Source: Planctomycetota bacterium
Lineage (GTDB): Bacteria > Planctomycetota > Brocadiia > JAADGH01
Length of the DNA: 64,000 nt
NCBI GenBank assembly: GCA_040755855.1
Contig: JBFMAD010000004.1
Span: 1 to 64,000 of the forward strand
Direction: 5' to 3'
The position numbers were made by a program, and so were the translations under genes. Under the pieces are notes generated by a model that searched no databases, had not been told where the DNA came from, and saw only the letters and a program-made list of their open reading frames with translations. The stretch's first letter is position 1. Each line of letters opens with the position of its first letter. Shown in pieces: positions 1 to 10,202 of the stretch.

Positions 1-585
1 CAGGAACAGCCGAAGCAGCACGAACAGAAGCCGCAGCAAAGCCAATCCCAAAGCCCTGAGCAGCGAACCCAGGACCTTGCCAAGCAGCAGGAGAAGATCA
101 ACGAGGACACGAAAAAGCTGGCGGAGCAGATGCCGCAGCAACAGCCACCTCAGCAACCTCAGCAGCAGAAGCAAGAGCCGTCGCCGCAGGAGAAGGCGAA
201 GGAACACATGGACCGCGCCCAGACGGAACAGCAAAAGGCCGAGGAGAAACTCGAGAAGAATCAGCTCGATCCCGCCCGGCCCAACCAGGAAAAGGCGGCT
301 GAGGAACTGAAAAAGGCCCTAGAGTCCATGTCCGATCAGCAGCAACAGCCGCAGAACCAGCAAGGCCAGCAAAAGGAGGAGCAGCAACAGGGCCAGCAGA
401 AGCAAGCGCAGCAGAAGCAGGAGCAGCAAGCACCCCAACCGCAGCAGGCCGAGCAAGAACAGAAAAAACCTGTTGCACCCAAAGACCAGGCAGCCCATGA
501 TATACTGAACGAGGAGAAGGAGAACAAGGACCGCCGCGACCGCATGCTCCCCGGCGGATATCGCGAGGTGGATAAGGACTGGTAG
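1..585 (+). CDS. C-terminal part of Gln-rich BatB/BatC-like protein (5' truncated by window)
   Basis: Frame 1 is open from base 1; Q/E/K-rich low-complexity tail ending ...YREVDKDW; immediately upstream of batD-like gene. Confidence 0.65.
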   Translation, partial: QEQPKQHEQKPQQSQSQSPEQRTQDLAKQQEKINEDTKKLAEQMPQQQPPQQPQQQKQEPSPQEKAKEHMDRAQTEQQKAEEKLEKNQLDPARPNQEKAAEELKKALESMSDQQQQPQNQQGQQKEEQQQGQQKQAQQKQEQQAPQPQQAEQEQKKPVAPKDQAAHDILNEEKENKDRRDRMLPGGYREVDKDW

Positions 586-587
586 AG

Positions 588-2462
588 ATGGACAGCGCGA
601 TGCGAAGACAAACGATGCGCCTGTGCCTGATCGGCGTCTGCTTCCTCGCCGGTTCGGCATGCACCGTGGGCGCTCAGGAACTCTCGGCCAAGGCGGTCGT
701 CGAGAAAGACGAAGTCTTCGTCGGCGAGCCGTTCATCCTCCAGATTCAGGTCGAGGGCGACGAATCGCCCCCGAAGCCCGACGTTTCGGGCATCACGGAC
801 TTCCATGTGCAGGAGCTCGGCGGCCAGCAGAACAGCAGCCAGTCCATCTCCATCATCAACGGACAGATGAGCAAGGTCGTCCATCGCGGGTACATCTTCA
901 ACTATCGCCTCACGCCAAAGAAATCGGGAACCCTCAACATCCCATCCATTGCGGTCAGCGCAGGCGGTCGGAAGTTCAACACTAATCCGGTGATGATCGC
1001 CGTGAACGAGCCGACCGAGGTGGAGGATTTCAAGTTCCGCCTGGAACTGTCCAAGACCAAATGCTACGTCGGCGAGCCGATCACGCTCAAGGGCGTATTC
1101 TATTTCTCAAAGGAGATTCAGAGCGCGGCATTCAATGTCCCCGCACTCGACAATGGGATGGCGCACCTGTATGAACCGGCGACGCCGCAAGACCCCAACA
1201 AGAAATACTATCGGCTGCTGATGAACAATGATGAAGCAATCGCCACGTTGGATCAAGGCGAACTGGATGGAAAACCATACGCGGCGCTTCGCTTCTCCAA
1301 GATTCTGATTCCCAAGCAGGCCGGCGACATGGATTTTTCGTCGGCATCGGCCGCCTGCGAGGCGCTCGAGGGCTACCGCAAGCGGCGCGCGCCGCGCAGT
1401 GTCTTTGAGGACGGCTTCTTCGACGATTTTTTCGGCAGGCGGACCGGCGTCTACAAGAAGTATGTGGTTCCACCCAACCCCCTCTCCCTCCACGTCCTTC
1501 CCGTCCCCACGGAAGGCCAGCCGCCGGGCTACTCGGGCCTCGTCGGGGAGTACCGCATCGAAGCGAGTGCGAAGCCGACGGAGGTGAATGTCGGCGACCC
1601 GATTACGCTGACCATCAAGGTGAGCGGTCCTCCATACCTCGATCATGTGGAGCTGCCGCCGTTGGATAAACAGCCTGCCTTTGCAGATAGTTTCAAAATC
1701 CCCAAAGAAATAGCGCCCGGCAAGGTGGAGAGCGGCGCGAAAGTTTTTACCCAAACCATCCGCGCCACGACTCTCGATGTGAAGGAAATACCGGCCATCG
1801 AGCTGCCGTACTTCGATGTGGAACGGGGACAATACGCCGTTGCGAAAACCAAACCCATCCCGCTCACGGTTCGAGAGACCAAAGTGGTCACTGCGCAGGA
1901 CGCCGAGGGCCGCGATTTGCCCGCCGCCGCCAAGAGCGAGCTGGTGGCCTGGACGAAGGGCATTGCCCACAACTACGAGGACCTGAGCGTCCTCACGGAC
2001 CAGCGCGCCGGGCCGGCCATGTGGCTCCGGTCCTCGGCATGGCTCGCTATCCTCGGCCTGCCGCCTCTTGCCTATGTCGTGCTGCTCGTGACAACAACGG
2101 TTGCGCGCCGCAGGGCCGCCGATCCTGGCGCCGTCCGGGCGCGGCGGGCCTATCGGGAACTCGCTAAGGCCCTGATGGAGGCGCAGCGCGGCAGACGTGA
2201 GGATTCTCATGCAGCCGCACTCGAAGCCATGCGGCAATATCTGGGATGCAAACTGCGCCTCCCGCCGGGCGCGCTGACATTCGCGGATGCAGAGGCCGCT
2301 CTTGCGAGTCGGCACGTGGATGACGAGACGATTCAGTCCATGGACAAATTCTTCCGAGAGTGCGAGGCTGGCCGGTACGGCGGCATGTCCGCCGCCGACC
2401 CCGCCGCCGTCATCGCCCACGCGATGGAGCTGGGGAGGAAGCTGGAGCGGAAACTGAAATGA
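588..2462 (+). CDS. batD: BatD family protein
   Basis: Signal peptide, repeated VGEP/VGDP Ig-like modules, SSQSISIING motif, C-terminal TM helix; bat-like context. Confidence 0.85.
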   Translation: MDSAMRRQTMRLCLIGVCFLAGSACTVGAQELSAKAVVEKDEVFVGEPFILQIQVEGDESPPKPDVSGITDFHVQELGGQQNSSQSISIINGQMSKVVHRGYIFNYRLTPKKSGTLNIPSIAVSAGGRKFNTNPVMIAVNEPTEVEDFKFRLELSKTKCYVGEPITLKGVFYFSKEIQSAAFNVPALDNGMAHLYEPATPQDPNKKYYRLLMNNDEAIATLDQGELDGKPYAALRFSKILIPKQAGDMDFSSASAACEALEGYRKRRAPRSVFEDGFFDDFFGRRTGVYKKYVVPPNPLSLHVLPVPTEGQPPGYSGLVGEYRIEASAKPTEVNVGDPITLTIKVSGPPYLDHVELPPLDKQPAFADSFKIPKEIAPGKVESGAKVFTQTIRATTLDVKEIPAIELPYFDVERGQYAVAKTKPIPLTVRETKVVTAQDAEGRDLPAAAKSELVAWTKGIAHNYEDLSVLTDQRAGPAMWLRSSAWLAILGLPPLAYVVLLVTTTVARRRAADPGAVRARRAYRELAKALMEAQRGRREDSHAAALEAMRQYLGCKLRLPPGALTFADAEAALASRHVDDETIQSMDKFFRECEAGRYGGMSAADPAAVIAHAMELGRKLERKLK

Positions 2463-3289
2463 CACACAACCGCACACTGCACAAGACCGGTTCCGCATCC
2501 ATCGCGCTACTGGCCTGCATAGCGTCCCTGTCCATCCTCGCCCTCGGCGCTTCCGAGGTCCAGTCCCTCTTCTTCAAGGGCAACGAATTATTCCACCAGG
2601 CCAATGATCTCGCCGCCAAAGACCCCGACAAGGCGAAGGAGATCTACCGGCAGGCCGTTCTCCGTTTCGAGCGGATCGCAGAGGAGGGCGGCGTCAGGAA
2701 CGGCAGGCTTTATTATGACATCGGCAACATCTACTTTCGCATGGGCGACCTCGGTCGGGCGATCCTGAACTATCGTCGCGCCGAACGATACACCCCCAAC
2801 GATCCAAACCTCATCCAAAACCTTCGCTACGCCCGGAGCCGATGCGCGGATCGAATCGAAGAAACACAGGAGGCGAGAATCCTCAAGACCCTCCTCTTCT
2901 GGCACTATGACTTCTCCGCGCGCGCCCGGTCCATCCTCTTTGCCGTCTGCTTCATTGCCTTTTGGGTTGGCGGGGGACTTCGCATCTTGCGCAAGGGCTT
3001 CGCGCCCCGCTGGGTCGTGGCCGCCTTCGGCATCCTCGCGGTCGTCCTGTTCGCTTCCCTCTTCGTCGAGGCGTGGGCCGATTCTCGTGAGACCGCAGGC
3101 ATCGTCCTTGCCGGCGAGACCATCGCTCGAAAAGGCGACAGTGCCACCTATGAACCCAGTTTCAAAGACCCCCTCCACGCCGGAGCGGAGTTCCAGGTGG
3201 TCGAAGACCGCGGCGAGTGGATCAATGTCCGCCTCGTGGACGGTCGGTCGTGCTGGCTGCCAAAGAAAGACATCGGACTTGTCAAGTGA
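2459..3289 (+). CDS. BatE-like TPR + SH3 domain protein
   Basis: ATGA overlap with batD; TPR (LYYDIGNIYFRMGDLGRAILNYRRA), two TM helices, SH3-like end (LHAGAEF...W...WLP). Confidence 0.8.
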   Translation: MTHNRTLHKTGSASIALLACIASLSILALGASEVQSLFFKGNELFHQANDLAAKDPDKAKEIYRQAVLRFERIAEEGGVRNGRLYYDIGNIYFRMGDLGRAILNYRRAERYTPNDPNLIQNLRYARSRCADRIEETQEARILKTLLFWHYDFSARARSILFAVCFIAFWVGGGLRILRKGFAPRWVVAAFGILAVVLFASLFVEAWADSRETAGIVLAGETIARKGDSATYEPSFKDPLHAGAEFQVVEDRGEWINVRLVDGRSCWLPKKDIGLVK

Positions 3290-3335
3290 ATTGAGAAACC
3301 GGAATCCTTCTTGACTGACTGATTCATCCGGCTAC

Positions 3336-6300
3336 TCAATCATCCGACCGCATCGCCGTCAGACGGAACAACTGCAGCTCCCCCGCCGTCGCCGGGTCGC
3401 TATTGAATCGAAGCGTACCGCCCTTCGCTTCGATCTCGCCGATCGGCTTCTCATCTCGATGAAACTTCTCGATCCGCCATCGTCCGTCCTTCACGCCAGA
3501 GACCTCCACCCCGGTCGCCTCCGTCGCCCATTGTTCCTTCACCTTTTCGTCATACCACACGTTGTCGTAGTGTCCCGGCCATCGCCTGAACACGGCAACG
3601 TATACGCGCCCATCGTCCTCACCGGACTTCACCACGCACTGAAATCCTCGGCTCGTCGTCCGCACATGTCGCTTGACCCCTGCCCACACAAGAATCTGGT
3701 CCACCTGCTCCGCGTCCAGGTCCTTGCCCGCCCATGACTCGTCCCCGGGCGGAGGCGCAGGTTTCTCCGGGGCATCAATCAATTTCACGTTCGGCAGGTC
3801 GCCAAGCCGTTTCGCCAGCAGGCCGCGTTCCGTGCGATGCTCCGGGCAGAACTTGCCCGCATCGCCGACGAGAACAATTTTGCTGCCAGCCTTGGCATGT
3901 TCAACCAACCGATCCATGCCATGCTCCGGCATGATGTCCCCCGCGGCAAAGACCACCTTGAAGCGCCTGAGGTCCACCCAGTCGGTCAGTTCGTCGGCGA
4001 AGTGAGCCGGCAGTTGGTGGTAGCAGAACAGCGCAGTGAAGACCTCGATTCCTCCGATGTTTGCGTAAAAACCCTGCCGCCCCTCGCCGAGGAGCCTGTC
4101 CGCGCGGCTGCCAAAGACCAACACCTCCGGCGCCCTGCCCCGCGCCGCCGCCCATTCCCGGATGTGCGGCATGGAGGCCGAGATGAATTCGAGCACCTGC
4201 GGCAGGGCTGCGAAGCGCTTGTCCTCGTGCCGGTGGATGTGCCATCGGTAGAGCCAGCACCAGCCATCGTCATAGATGGAGTCGTAGAAGAATCCGCTGT
4301 CCACCAGCGCCTTGCTCGGCGGCGTGAACTGGTGGCCCTCGTTGGTGTAGGGTATGCCCGCCTGAAGACACATGCTCTCCATCGCGCGCTGGAAGTAGAA
4401 CGGCCCGCCCTCGTCGTGGAACTCGGCCCCGTCCTTCAGGAGCGGGATCGCGGCCTCACAGGCGTTTGGGGTGGAGCTTCGGTAGATGTGAAGCTGCCGC
4501 TTCGGGTCCACTGCGCGGAAAGCGCTGATGATGTCCCGCACGGACTCGACGTAGGTGTAGGTGCGGAATGCCATAAAGTCGCGCCATGCCTCGGAGAGGT
4601 CCGGGCCGGTGCGCGATGGACTCCAGGGGTTATACACGAACAGGTTTGGAATCGAATCGGGTTTCTTGCCGTGATCTGCCAGCCATCTCGCAAAGGCGTC
4701 TTGCGATGATTTCGAGTAATCGGTCCGTGTGACCTCCGGGCGGTTTTCCCCGCTGAAGATGAACGGCTTTGTGCGGTAGCCGATCACGGTCGGATTGTCG
4801 AGAAAGCGGGACGCGACGGCCTTGAGCCAGTGCTGCGTCTCCTGACGGCGAACCGGATCCCACGGCGCGGGCTGAATCTTGCCGCTCCTATCTTGCGTAT
4901 CAATATGGCCGTGCTGTGTGAGCATCGGCTCGAACTCCACCCACCGCGGCCACTCGAGCGGATGCCCCCACTCCGTCGGCGTCAGAAAGGCCCTCAGATT
5001 CTTTTCCTTGGCACGCGCAAGCCGCCGCTCGATCTCGGCCCACCGGAACACACCCGGCAGCGGCTCGACCTCGCCCCAGCCGAAGTTGATCGAAATGATT
5101 TCAAAACCAAGCCGAGCCGTCTGATCGAGCCAAATATCGAACTCCCGCGTCTGCGCCTCCGTGAGCGGCTCCGACGCGTCGCGCGCCGAGAGCAATGACC
5201 CCCAGTGCTCGGCGATGGGAACGGCCTTGCGCGACATCAGCAACTCGTCCCGCGTCGGCAGGCCGTCAGGAATCTTCACATTCGCGACGTCACGCGGCTT
5301 GCTCGCCACACCGAAGTGGAGCACGGAACGATCAACCACCGTCTCGCCAATTCGAAGCTCTGCCGTGGCCGTGTAGTCTATTCCCTCCTTTGCGGGGCAG
5401 ACGACCTTGATCGTCTCGGCCGGCGCGCGCGTCTCATGCAGAATCGGTCGGCTCAGCCAGTCCTCGATGCGAAGGACGCACTCGGCCTTGCCCTCGCGCT
5501 TCGGCCATGCGCTCTTGTCAAGCTGGAGCGTCAACGTGGCCTCCGTGGTGTCCGGGGGAAAGACGTGATGCGGTTGGTCGGTTTGCCAATGCAAGGGCGG
5601 CGCAATCTCTTTCATCTCCTTCTGCGGCCCTTTCGCCGCGAGCATTTCCCACGAACGCATCGCGTCGAGCGCGCCGTCAGGAGTCCATGCCTTCGTCTCC
5701 AGGAAGTATCGGCCCGTGGGCAATTCGGGAAGCTCGATCTTTTGCGCCATGATCTGCATTGGGTCAGCGCGATTCAAATCTCCGTCCGCGGCAGCCCTCC
5801 AGACCACCGGGCCCTGGTATCCCTGTCGGATCTCAATGGCATAACGAACCTTCCCCGACCTCAATGTCAGGTCATCCAGGAAGATCCTCGGCCGCGTGTT
5901 CCACCCCCAACGGAACCGACCCATCAGATACCAGTTAAACTCCGCATCCAATCCGTTTTTCGTGATCGTGAACAACTCCGTGAGGCATAGTTCCCCCTTT
6001 CCTGCGCGGATCGCATCTCGATCGCCAAAGGCCTCGTTATCCCGTTGGTCCTTGGCGGGGCGGAGTTCGACGCCCACGAGGGACAGGGGCGGCGACCATT
6101 CGGTCCGCCGCGCAATGTCGTAGAACTCCGGCTCCACATGGTCCTCGATCCTGCCCGGCAATGCCAGACTGACCGACTCCGCCTGGTTCCACACAGACCA
6201 CTCCTTCATCCTGAACTTCCGAACGGCCGGGAAGGTCGCGCGGCTGGTCAGCGCCGGCATGGGGGGCAGTTGCTTCCCGGCGGAATCGCTGAGGAGAAAG

Positions 6301-6554
6301 TAGAGGTCGAAATCCCCGGCCGGCCTTGCATACCACAGCGCCACACGGCAGGCGTCGCTCGGCAGGACCACAGGACTCGGCGGCCGCAGGATAATCGGCT
6401 TGAACTGCGGGGAGTCGTACGTCGCCCGAAGCCAGGCCGCGTCGCCGGCAGCGATCTTGCCCGGGCCGTCCACGGTCCATCCGCCGAAATCCAAGCCGAC
6501 GATGACCGGAGGCACAACGATAAGTCCCAATAGCAGTAATAACAACCTTCTCAT
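3336..6554 (-). CDS. Large secreted glycoside-hydrolase-like protein (GH42/beta-galactosidase-like TIM barrel + trimerisation-like domain)
   Basis: 1072 aa, signal peptide, FGWGEVEPLPGVFRW motif, AWRDFMAFR, class-I-GATase-like C-terminal region. Confidence 0.6.
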   Translation of the reverse strand: MRRLLLLLLGLIVVPPVIVGLDFGGWTVDGPGKIAAGDAAWLRATYDSPQFKPIILRPPSPVVLPSDACRVALWYARPAGDFDLYFLLSDSAGKQLPPMPALTSRATFPAVRKFRMKEWSVWNQAESVSLALPGRIEDHVEPEFYDIARRTEWSPPLSLVGVELRPAKDQRDNEAFGDRDAIRAGKGELCLTELFTITKNGLDAEFNWYLMGRFRWGWNTRPRIFLDDLTLRSGKVRYAIEIRQGYQGPVVWRAAADGDLNRADPMQIMAQKIELPELPTGRYFLETKAWTPDGALDAMRSWEMLAAKGPQKEMKEIAPPLHWQTDQPHHVFPPDTTEATLTLQLDKSAWPKREGKAECVLRIEDWLSRPILHETRAPAETIKVVCPAKEGIDYTATAELRIGETVVDRSVLHFGVASKPRDVANVKIPDGLPTRDELLMSRKAVPIAEHWGSLLSARDASEPLTEAQTREFDIWLDQTARLGFEIISINFGWGEVEPLPGVFRWAEIERRLARAKEKNLRAFLTPTEWGHPLEWPRWVEFEPMLTQHGHIDTQDRSGKIQPAPWDPVRRQETQHWLKAVASRFLDNPTVIGYRTKPFIFSGENRPEVTRTDYSKSSQDAFARWLADHGKKPDSIPNLFVYNPWSPSRTGPDLSEAWRDFMAFRTYTYVESVRDIISAFRAVDPKRQLHIYRSSTPNACEAAIPLLKDGAEFHDEGGPFYFQRAMESMCLQAGIPYTNEGHQFTPPSKALVDSGFFYDSIYDDGWCWLYRWHIHRHEDKRFAALPQVLEFISASMPHIREWAAARGRAPEVLVFGSRADRLLGEGRQGFYANIGGIEVFTALFCYHQLPAHFADELTDWVDLRRFKVVFAAGDIMPEHGMDRLVEHAKAGSKIVLVGDAGKFCPEHRTERGLLAKRLGDLPNVKLIDAPEKPAPPPGDESWAGKDLDAEQVDQILVWAGVKRHVRTTSRGFQCVVKSGEDDGRVYVAVFRRWPGHYDNVWYDEKVKEQWATEATGVEVSGVKDGRWRIEKFHRDEKPIGEIEAKGGTLRFNSDPATAGELQLFRLTAMRSDD

Positions 6555-6646
6555 CAGAAATCCTTTTTCGCAATTCTGAATAATCCAAAGCTCGCGCCCG
6601 TCCTCTTATACCAAATCACAAGTCCAAGTCAACAAATCGCTTCGGA

Positions 6647-6675
6647 TTGACATTGCTGGGGACATGTGTTAGGGT
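6647..6675 (+). promoter_or_regulatory. Putative sigma70 promoter
   Basis: TTGACA-17-TAGGGT with upstream TG, ahead of the gene at 6730. Confidence 0.5.
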
Positions 6676-6729
6676 ACTGTGTCGGCATCAGTCTTTACCC
6701 CGACTGCCGAGAAAGGAGCGTCCCGTCAC

Positions 6730-7491
6730 ATGAAACGTGGCATAGGGCTAATTTCGATGGTCGTTCTCGCGGCCGGCTGCCTTACGTACGAAGAAGAGAT
6801 GCATCTGAGTAACGACGGCAGCGGGTGGGTGAAGATTCACTACTTCCTCAGCAAGGATATGGCCCAGCTTCTCGACGGCGTGGCGCAGCAGATCGCCGCC
6901 GACCCCCGGCTGAAGGGGCAGGGCGACGTCGGCCCTCTCTTCAGCGAACAGGGGATCAAGAAGGTGCTTGCCGGGAAGAAGGGCCTGACGCTGGGCAATG
7001 TGAAGGAGGAGGACAAGGATAACGAGCGCCATATCTACCTGACGCTCCATTTCGACAGCCTGGCCGCCCTCAACGATGCGTTCGTATTCCGGAACAGTTC
7101 CATCTCGTTCCACGATCTGCCGGACGGCCGAAGGCAGTACACCCGGGAACTCGGCGAGTTCGCCGGGCTAAGCCGCGGGCCTTACATGAACCCCGCCGTG
7201 CCCCCACTCATGCAGGCTGTTAAAAACGCAAAGGTGAAATTTGCCCTGCACCTGCCGGGCGCGATTGTCGAATCGAACGCCACAAACACGCCGGCGCCCG
7301 ACACCGCCGTCTGGGAATGCGGCATACTCGAACTGGGAAACATAGCCACCATGACAGCCACCATCGCGGCGGGGACGAACCTTTACCTGCCTATCGCGTT
7401 CGTGGGCTTTGTCATCCTGTGCGTCCTCGTCTTTCTGCGGGTGCGCCTTGCACTGCAATCGAATAATACAGGCCATCAGACAGGAGGGTGA
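6730..7491 (+). CDS. Hypothetical lipoprotein with C-terminal TM helix
   Basis: AAGGAG SD, lipobox LAAGC, hydrophobic C-terminus. Confidence 0.65.
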   Translation: MKRGIGLISMVVLAAGCLTYEEEMHLSNDGSGWVKIHYFLSKDMAQLLDGVAQQIAADPRLKGQGDVGPLFSEQGIKKVLAGKKGLTLGNVKEEDKDNERHIYLTLHFDSLAALNDAFVFRNSSISFHDLPDGRRQYTRELGEFAGLSRGPYMNPAVPPLMQAVKNAKVKFALHLPGAIVESNATNTPAPDTAVWECGILELGNIATMTATIAAGTNLYLPIAFVGFVILCVLVFLRVRLALQSNNTGHQTGG

Positions 7492-7492
7492 C

Positions 7493-8902
7493 ATGCCTCA
7501 GTATACGCTCGTGAAAGACGCCGACGTGCCCGCGCTCGCTGACGCCGTCCTCGATGTGTTGAAGAATGTCGGGGTGCTGTGCCAGAATGCAGAGATTCTC
7601 GATGCACTCGAGAAGGTGGGGGCGAAGGTAGATCGCGCCAACCAGATCGTCAAGTTCCCCAAAGCGATAACGCAAAAGTTCGTGTCACAACTTCGGAAGG
7701 AGCGCGGCAAGCCCAAGCCCGACGCGCCCCAGCCCTTCCCGAACGTCGGCCTGCCGGTCCTCGGCGGGCAGATCGCGCAGTTCGTTTATGACCACAAGGC
7801 GAAGGAGAAACGCTCCGGCACGAGCAAAGACTTCATCGAACTGATCAAACTCGGCGACGTCCTCCAGGACGGCGCCGTCGGGCACTGCCTACTCCTCACC
7901 GATGTGCCCCCGATGATCGAGCCGATGGAGGCGGCCATGCTCCTCGCCGAGTACGCCCGCAAGCCCGGCAAGTGCTTTGCCTGGAACGTGAAGCAGGTGG
8001 ACTACCTCGTCGAGATGGGCAAGATCCTCGGCATTGACGATTGGTTCTCCTGGGGCGCATGCTGTTACGCCCACCCGCTGCGCTTCGACAAGGACGTGGC
8101 GGACAAGTTCATCCCGCGCGCCTTCGGCCCCAGCGGGGCGGGCCTCACGGCCATGCCCGTCGCGGGCGTAACGACGCCGGTCACCACCGCGGGCTTCATC
8201 GTCGTCTCCTCAGCCGAGATGCTGGCCACATGGATCGCCGGCCGCGCCGTCAACCCGAAGGCCATCCTCTACGGCAGCATGTGGGGCGCGTCAATGGACA
8301 TGAAGACCGGCGCCGTGAGCTACTGCATGTTCGACGCCATGCGTCACGCCTTCGCCATGGCCGATTTCATGCGCAAGTGGACCTATATGACCATCCTCGT
8401 CGGCGGCGGGGAGTACTGCGACGCCAAGGTCCCCGGCTACTACGCCGCGCTCGAAAAGGCATACAAGGCCATGACCATCGCCGCATTCACCGGCCGGCAT
8501 CCGGCCATCGGGCAGGGCATGCTGGAGCAGGGGAAGACCCTCTCGCCCGTGCAGCTTCTGCTGGAGCGCGAGATGAGCCTCGGCATCCAGCTCTGGGCCA
8601 AGCAGGTGGAGGTTGCACCGGAGACCATCGGGATGGATGCAATCTGCGACGTCGGCTTCGGCCTGAACAAGAGCTACATCGAAGCCGACCACACGCTCGA
8701 TCACTTCCGCTCGGACACCTGGCTGCCGCCGATCATGGACCGCTCCGGCTACACCGGCATCAACCAGGAGCAGGCCGTCCTCGATCGCCTGCAGCAGAAG
8801 GTGGACGAACTCATCGCCCAGTACCAGAAACCCGCGGTGGACCCGGACAAGCTGGCGAAGATGCGCAAGGTAGTGGAGAGAGCGAAGAAGGAGCTACTGT
8901 AG
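7493..8902 (+). CDS. Trimethylamine methyltransferase (MttB) family protein, non-pyrrolysine
   Basis: ~470 aa; L..VGV N-terminus, PVAGVTTPVTTAG, MDMKTG, HTLDHFRS motifs; no in-frame TAG. Confidence 0.8.
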   Translation: MPQYTLVKDADVPALADAVLDVLKNVGVLCQNAEILDALEKVGAKVDRANQIVKFPKAITQKFVSQLRKERGKPKPDAPQPFPNVGLPVLGGQIAQFVYDHKAKEKRSGTSKDFIELIKLGDVLQDGAVGHCLLLTDVPPMIEPMEAAMLLAEYARKPGKCFAWNVKQVDYLVEMGKILGIDDWFSWGACCYAHPLRFDKDVADKFIPRAFGPSGAGLTAMPVAGVTTPVTTAGFIVVSSAEMLATWIAGRAVNPKAILYGSMWGASMDMKTGAVSYCMFDAMRHAFAMADFMRKWTYMTILVGGGEYCDAKVPGYYAALEKAYKAMTIAAFTGRHPAIGQGMLEQGKTLSPVQLLLEREMSLGIQLWAKQVEVAPETIGMDAICDVGFGLNKSYIEADHTLDHFRSDTWLPPIMDRSGYTGINQEQAVLDRLQQKVDELIAQYQKPAVDPDKLAKMRKVVERAKKELL

Positions 8903-8921
8903 GTGGCGACGCTTTCCTTAA

Positions 8922-9014
8922 GTGTGCCACCCCCAAGCTATGCTTGGGGGTGCGGTGTTCGCGCACGCTTGGTCAACGCACAACACCCCCAAAGCAAGTT
9001 TGGGGGTGGCACGC
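8922..9014. repeat. REP-like inverted hairpin doublet
   Basis: GTGTGCCACCCCCAAGCTATGCTTGGGGGTG ... CACCCCCAAAGCAAGTTTGGGGGTGGCACGC between convergent genes. Confidence 0.75.
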
Positions 9015-9026
9015 ATGGCCAGTAGG

Positions 9027-10100
9027 CTATGTGATCCGCTCGGCAATCGCGTCGCCCATCTCCTGCGTGTTGACCTTCCGCGTGCCGGGGGCATGGATAT
9101 CGGGCGTGCGGAGGCCGTCGTCGAGGGCGGACTCGACGGCGCGCTCGATGGCCCGCGCCTCCGCTTCCAGATGGAAGGCATGGCGCAGCATCATCGCCCC
9201 GGAGAGGATCGTGGCGATGGGGTTGGCGACGCCCCGCCCGGCGATATCCGGTGCGCTGCCGTGGATCGGCTCGAACATGGGTTTGCCGTCGCCGATGGCC
9301 GCCGAGGGCAACATGCCGAGCGACCCGGCGAGGACCGCCGCCTCGTCGGAGAGCATGTCGCCGAAGAGGTTCTCCGTGACGATCACGTCGAACTGGCGCG
9401 GGTTGCGGATCAGCTCCATGCACGCGCGGTCGGCCAGCATGTGGGTCAGCTCGACGTCGGGATAATCCTTCCCCACCTCCGTCACCACCTCCCGCCACAA
9501 CTGGGATGAGGCGAGCATGTTCACCTTGTCCACGGAACAGACCTTCTTCTGTCGAGATCGCGCGGCCTCGAAGGCGACCCGGCTGACGCGGGCGATCTCC
9601 TCGGTGGTGTAAGCGAGCGTGTCCACGCCGCGGGCGCTCTTTCCCTTGCGCGTGACCCCGCGCGGCTGGCCATAGTAGAGGCCGCCGGTCAGCTCGCGGA
9701 CGATGAGGATATTGAGGCCGTCGCCGATGACCTCCGGCTTCACCACCAACTGCCCGGCCATGGCCCGGAAGACGATGGCGGGACGCAAGTTCGCGTAGTT
9801 GCCTGTGCGGAGCCGGAGCACGGCGCAGCGCTCGGGGCGCTCCTGCTGGGGCACGGTCATGTCGCGCTCGGGATTGCCGACACAGCCGAAGAAGACGGCG
9901 TCGGCGCGGTCGCAGGCATCCTGCGTCGCCTTGGGGAATGCCTCGCCCACGGCATCAATGGCTGTCCAGCCGACGAGGGCTTCTTCCATCTCAACCGTAT
10001 GGCCGAACATCTTTTCGATTTTGCGAAGGACCTTGCACCCCTCCGCCATGACCTCCGGGCCGATGCCGTCGCCCGGCAGTACCGCAATCTTCATGTTCAT
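9027..10100 (-). CDS. leuB: 3-isopropylmalate dehydrogenase
   Basis: LPGDGIGPEV, VRELTGGLYYG, NLFGDMLSDEA, EPIHGSAPDIAG motifs. Confidence 0.92.
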   Translation of the reverse strand: MNMKIAVLPGDGIGPEVMAEGCKVLRKIEKMFGHTVEMEEALVGWTAIDAVGEAFPKATQDACDRADAVFFGCVGNPERDMTVPQQERPERCAVLRLRTGNYANLRPAIVFRAMAGQLVVKPEVIGDGLNILIVRELTGGLYYGQPRGVTRKGKSARGVDTLAYTTEEIARVSRVAFEAARSRQKKVCSVDKVNMLASSQLWREVVTEVGKDYPDVELTHMLADRACMELIRNPRQFDVIVTENLFGDMLSDEAAVLAGSLGMLPSAAIGDGKPMFEPIHGSAPDIAGRGVANPIATILSGAMMLRHAFHLEAEARAIERAVESALDDGLRTPDIHAPGTRKVNTQEMGDAIAERIT

Positions 10101-10202
10101 TCGTTCGCTTCCTCTTGATGCGTCATGCGAAAAGTGCAATGGGTACCATACCTGATCTGCGCGGTCAAGAAGAAAAGGGCGGCGGACGCAAATGACCCGG
10201 CG

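Noticed and set aside
1..585. CAG-rich sequence as a repeat array or CRISPR
   Set aside because: Simply encodes a Gln-rich linker; no repeat-spacer periodicity here or elsewhere in the window
7493..8902. Pyrrolysine recoding in the MttB homolog
   Set aside because: No internal TAG and no pyl genes in the window
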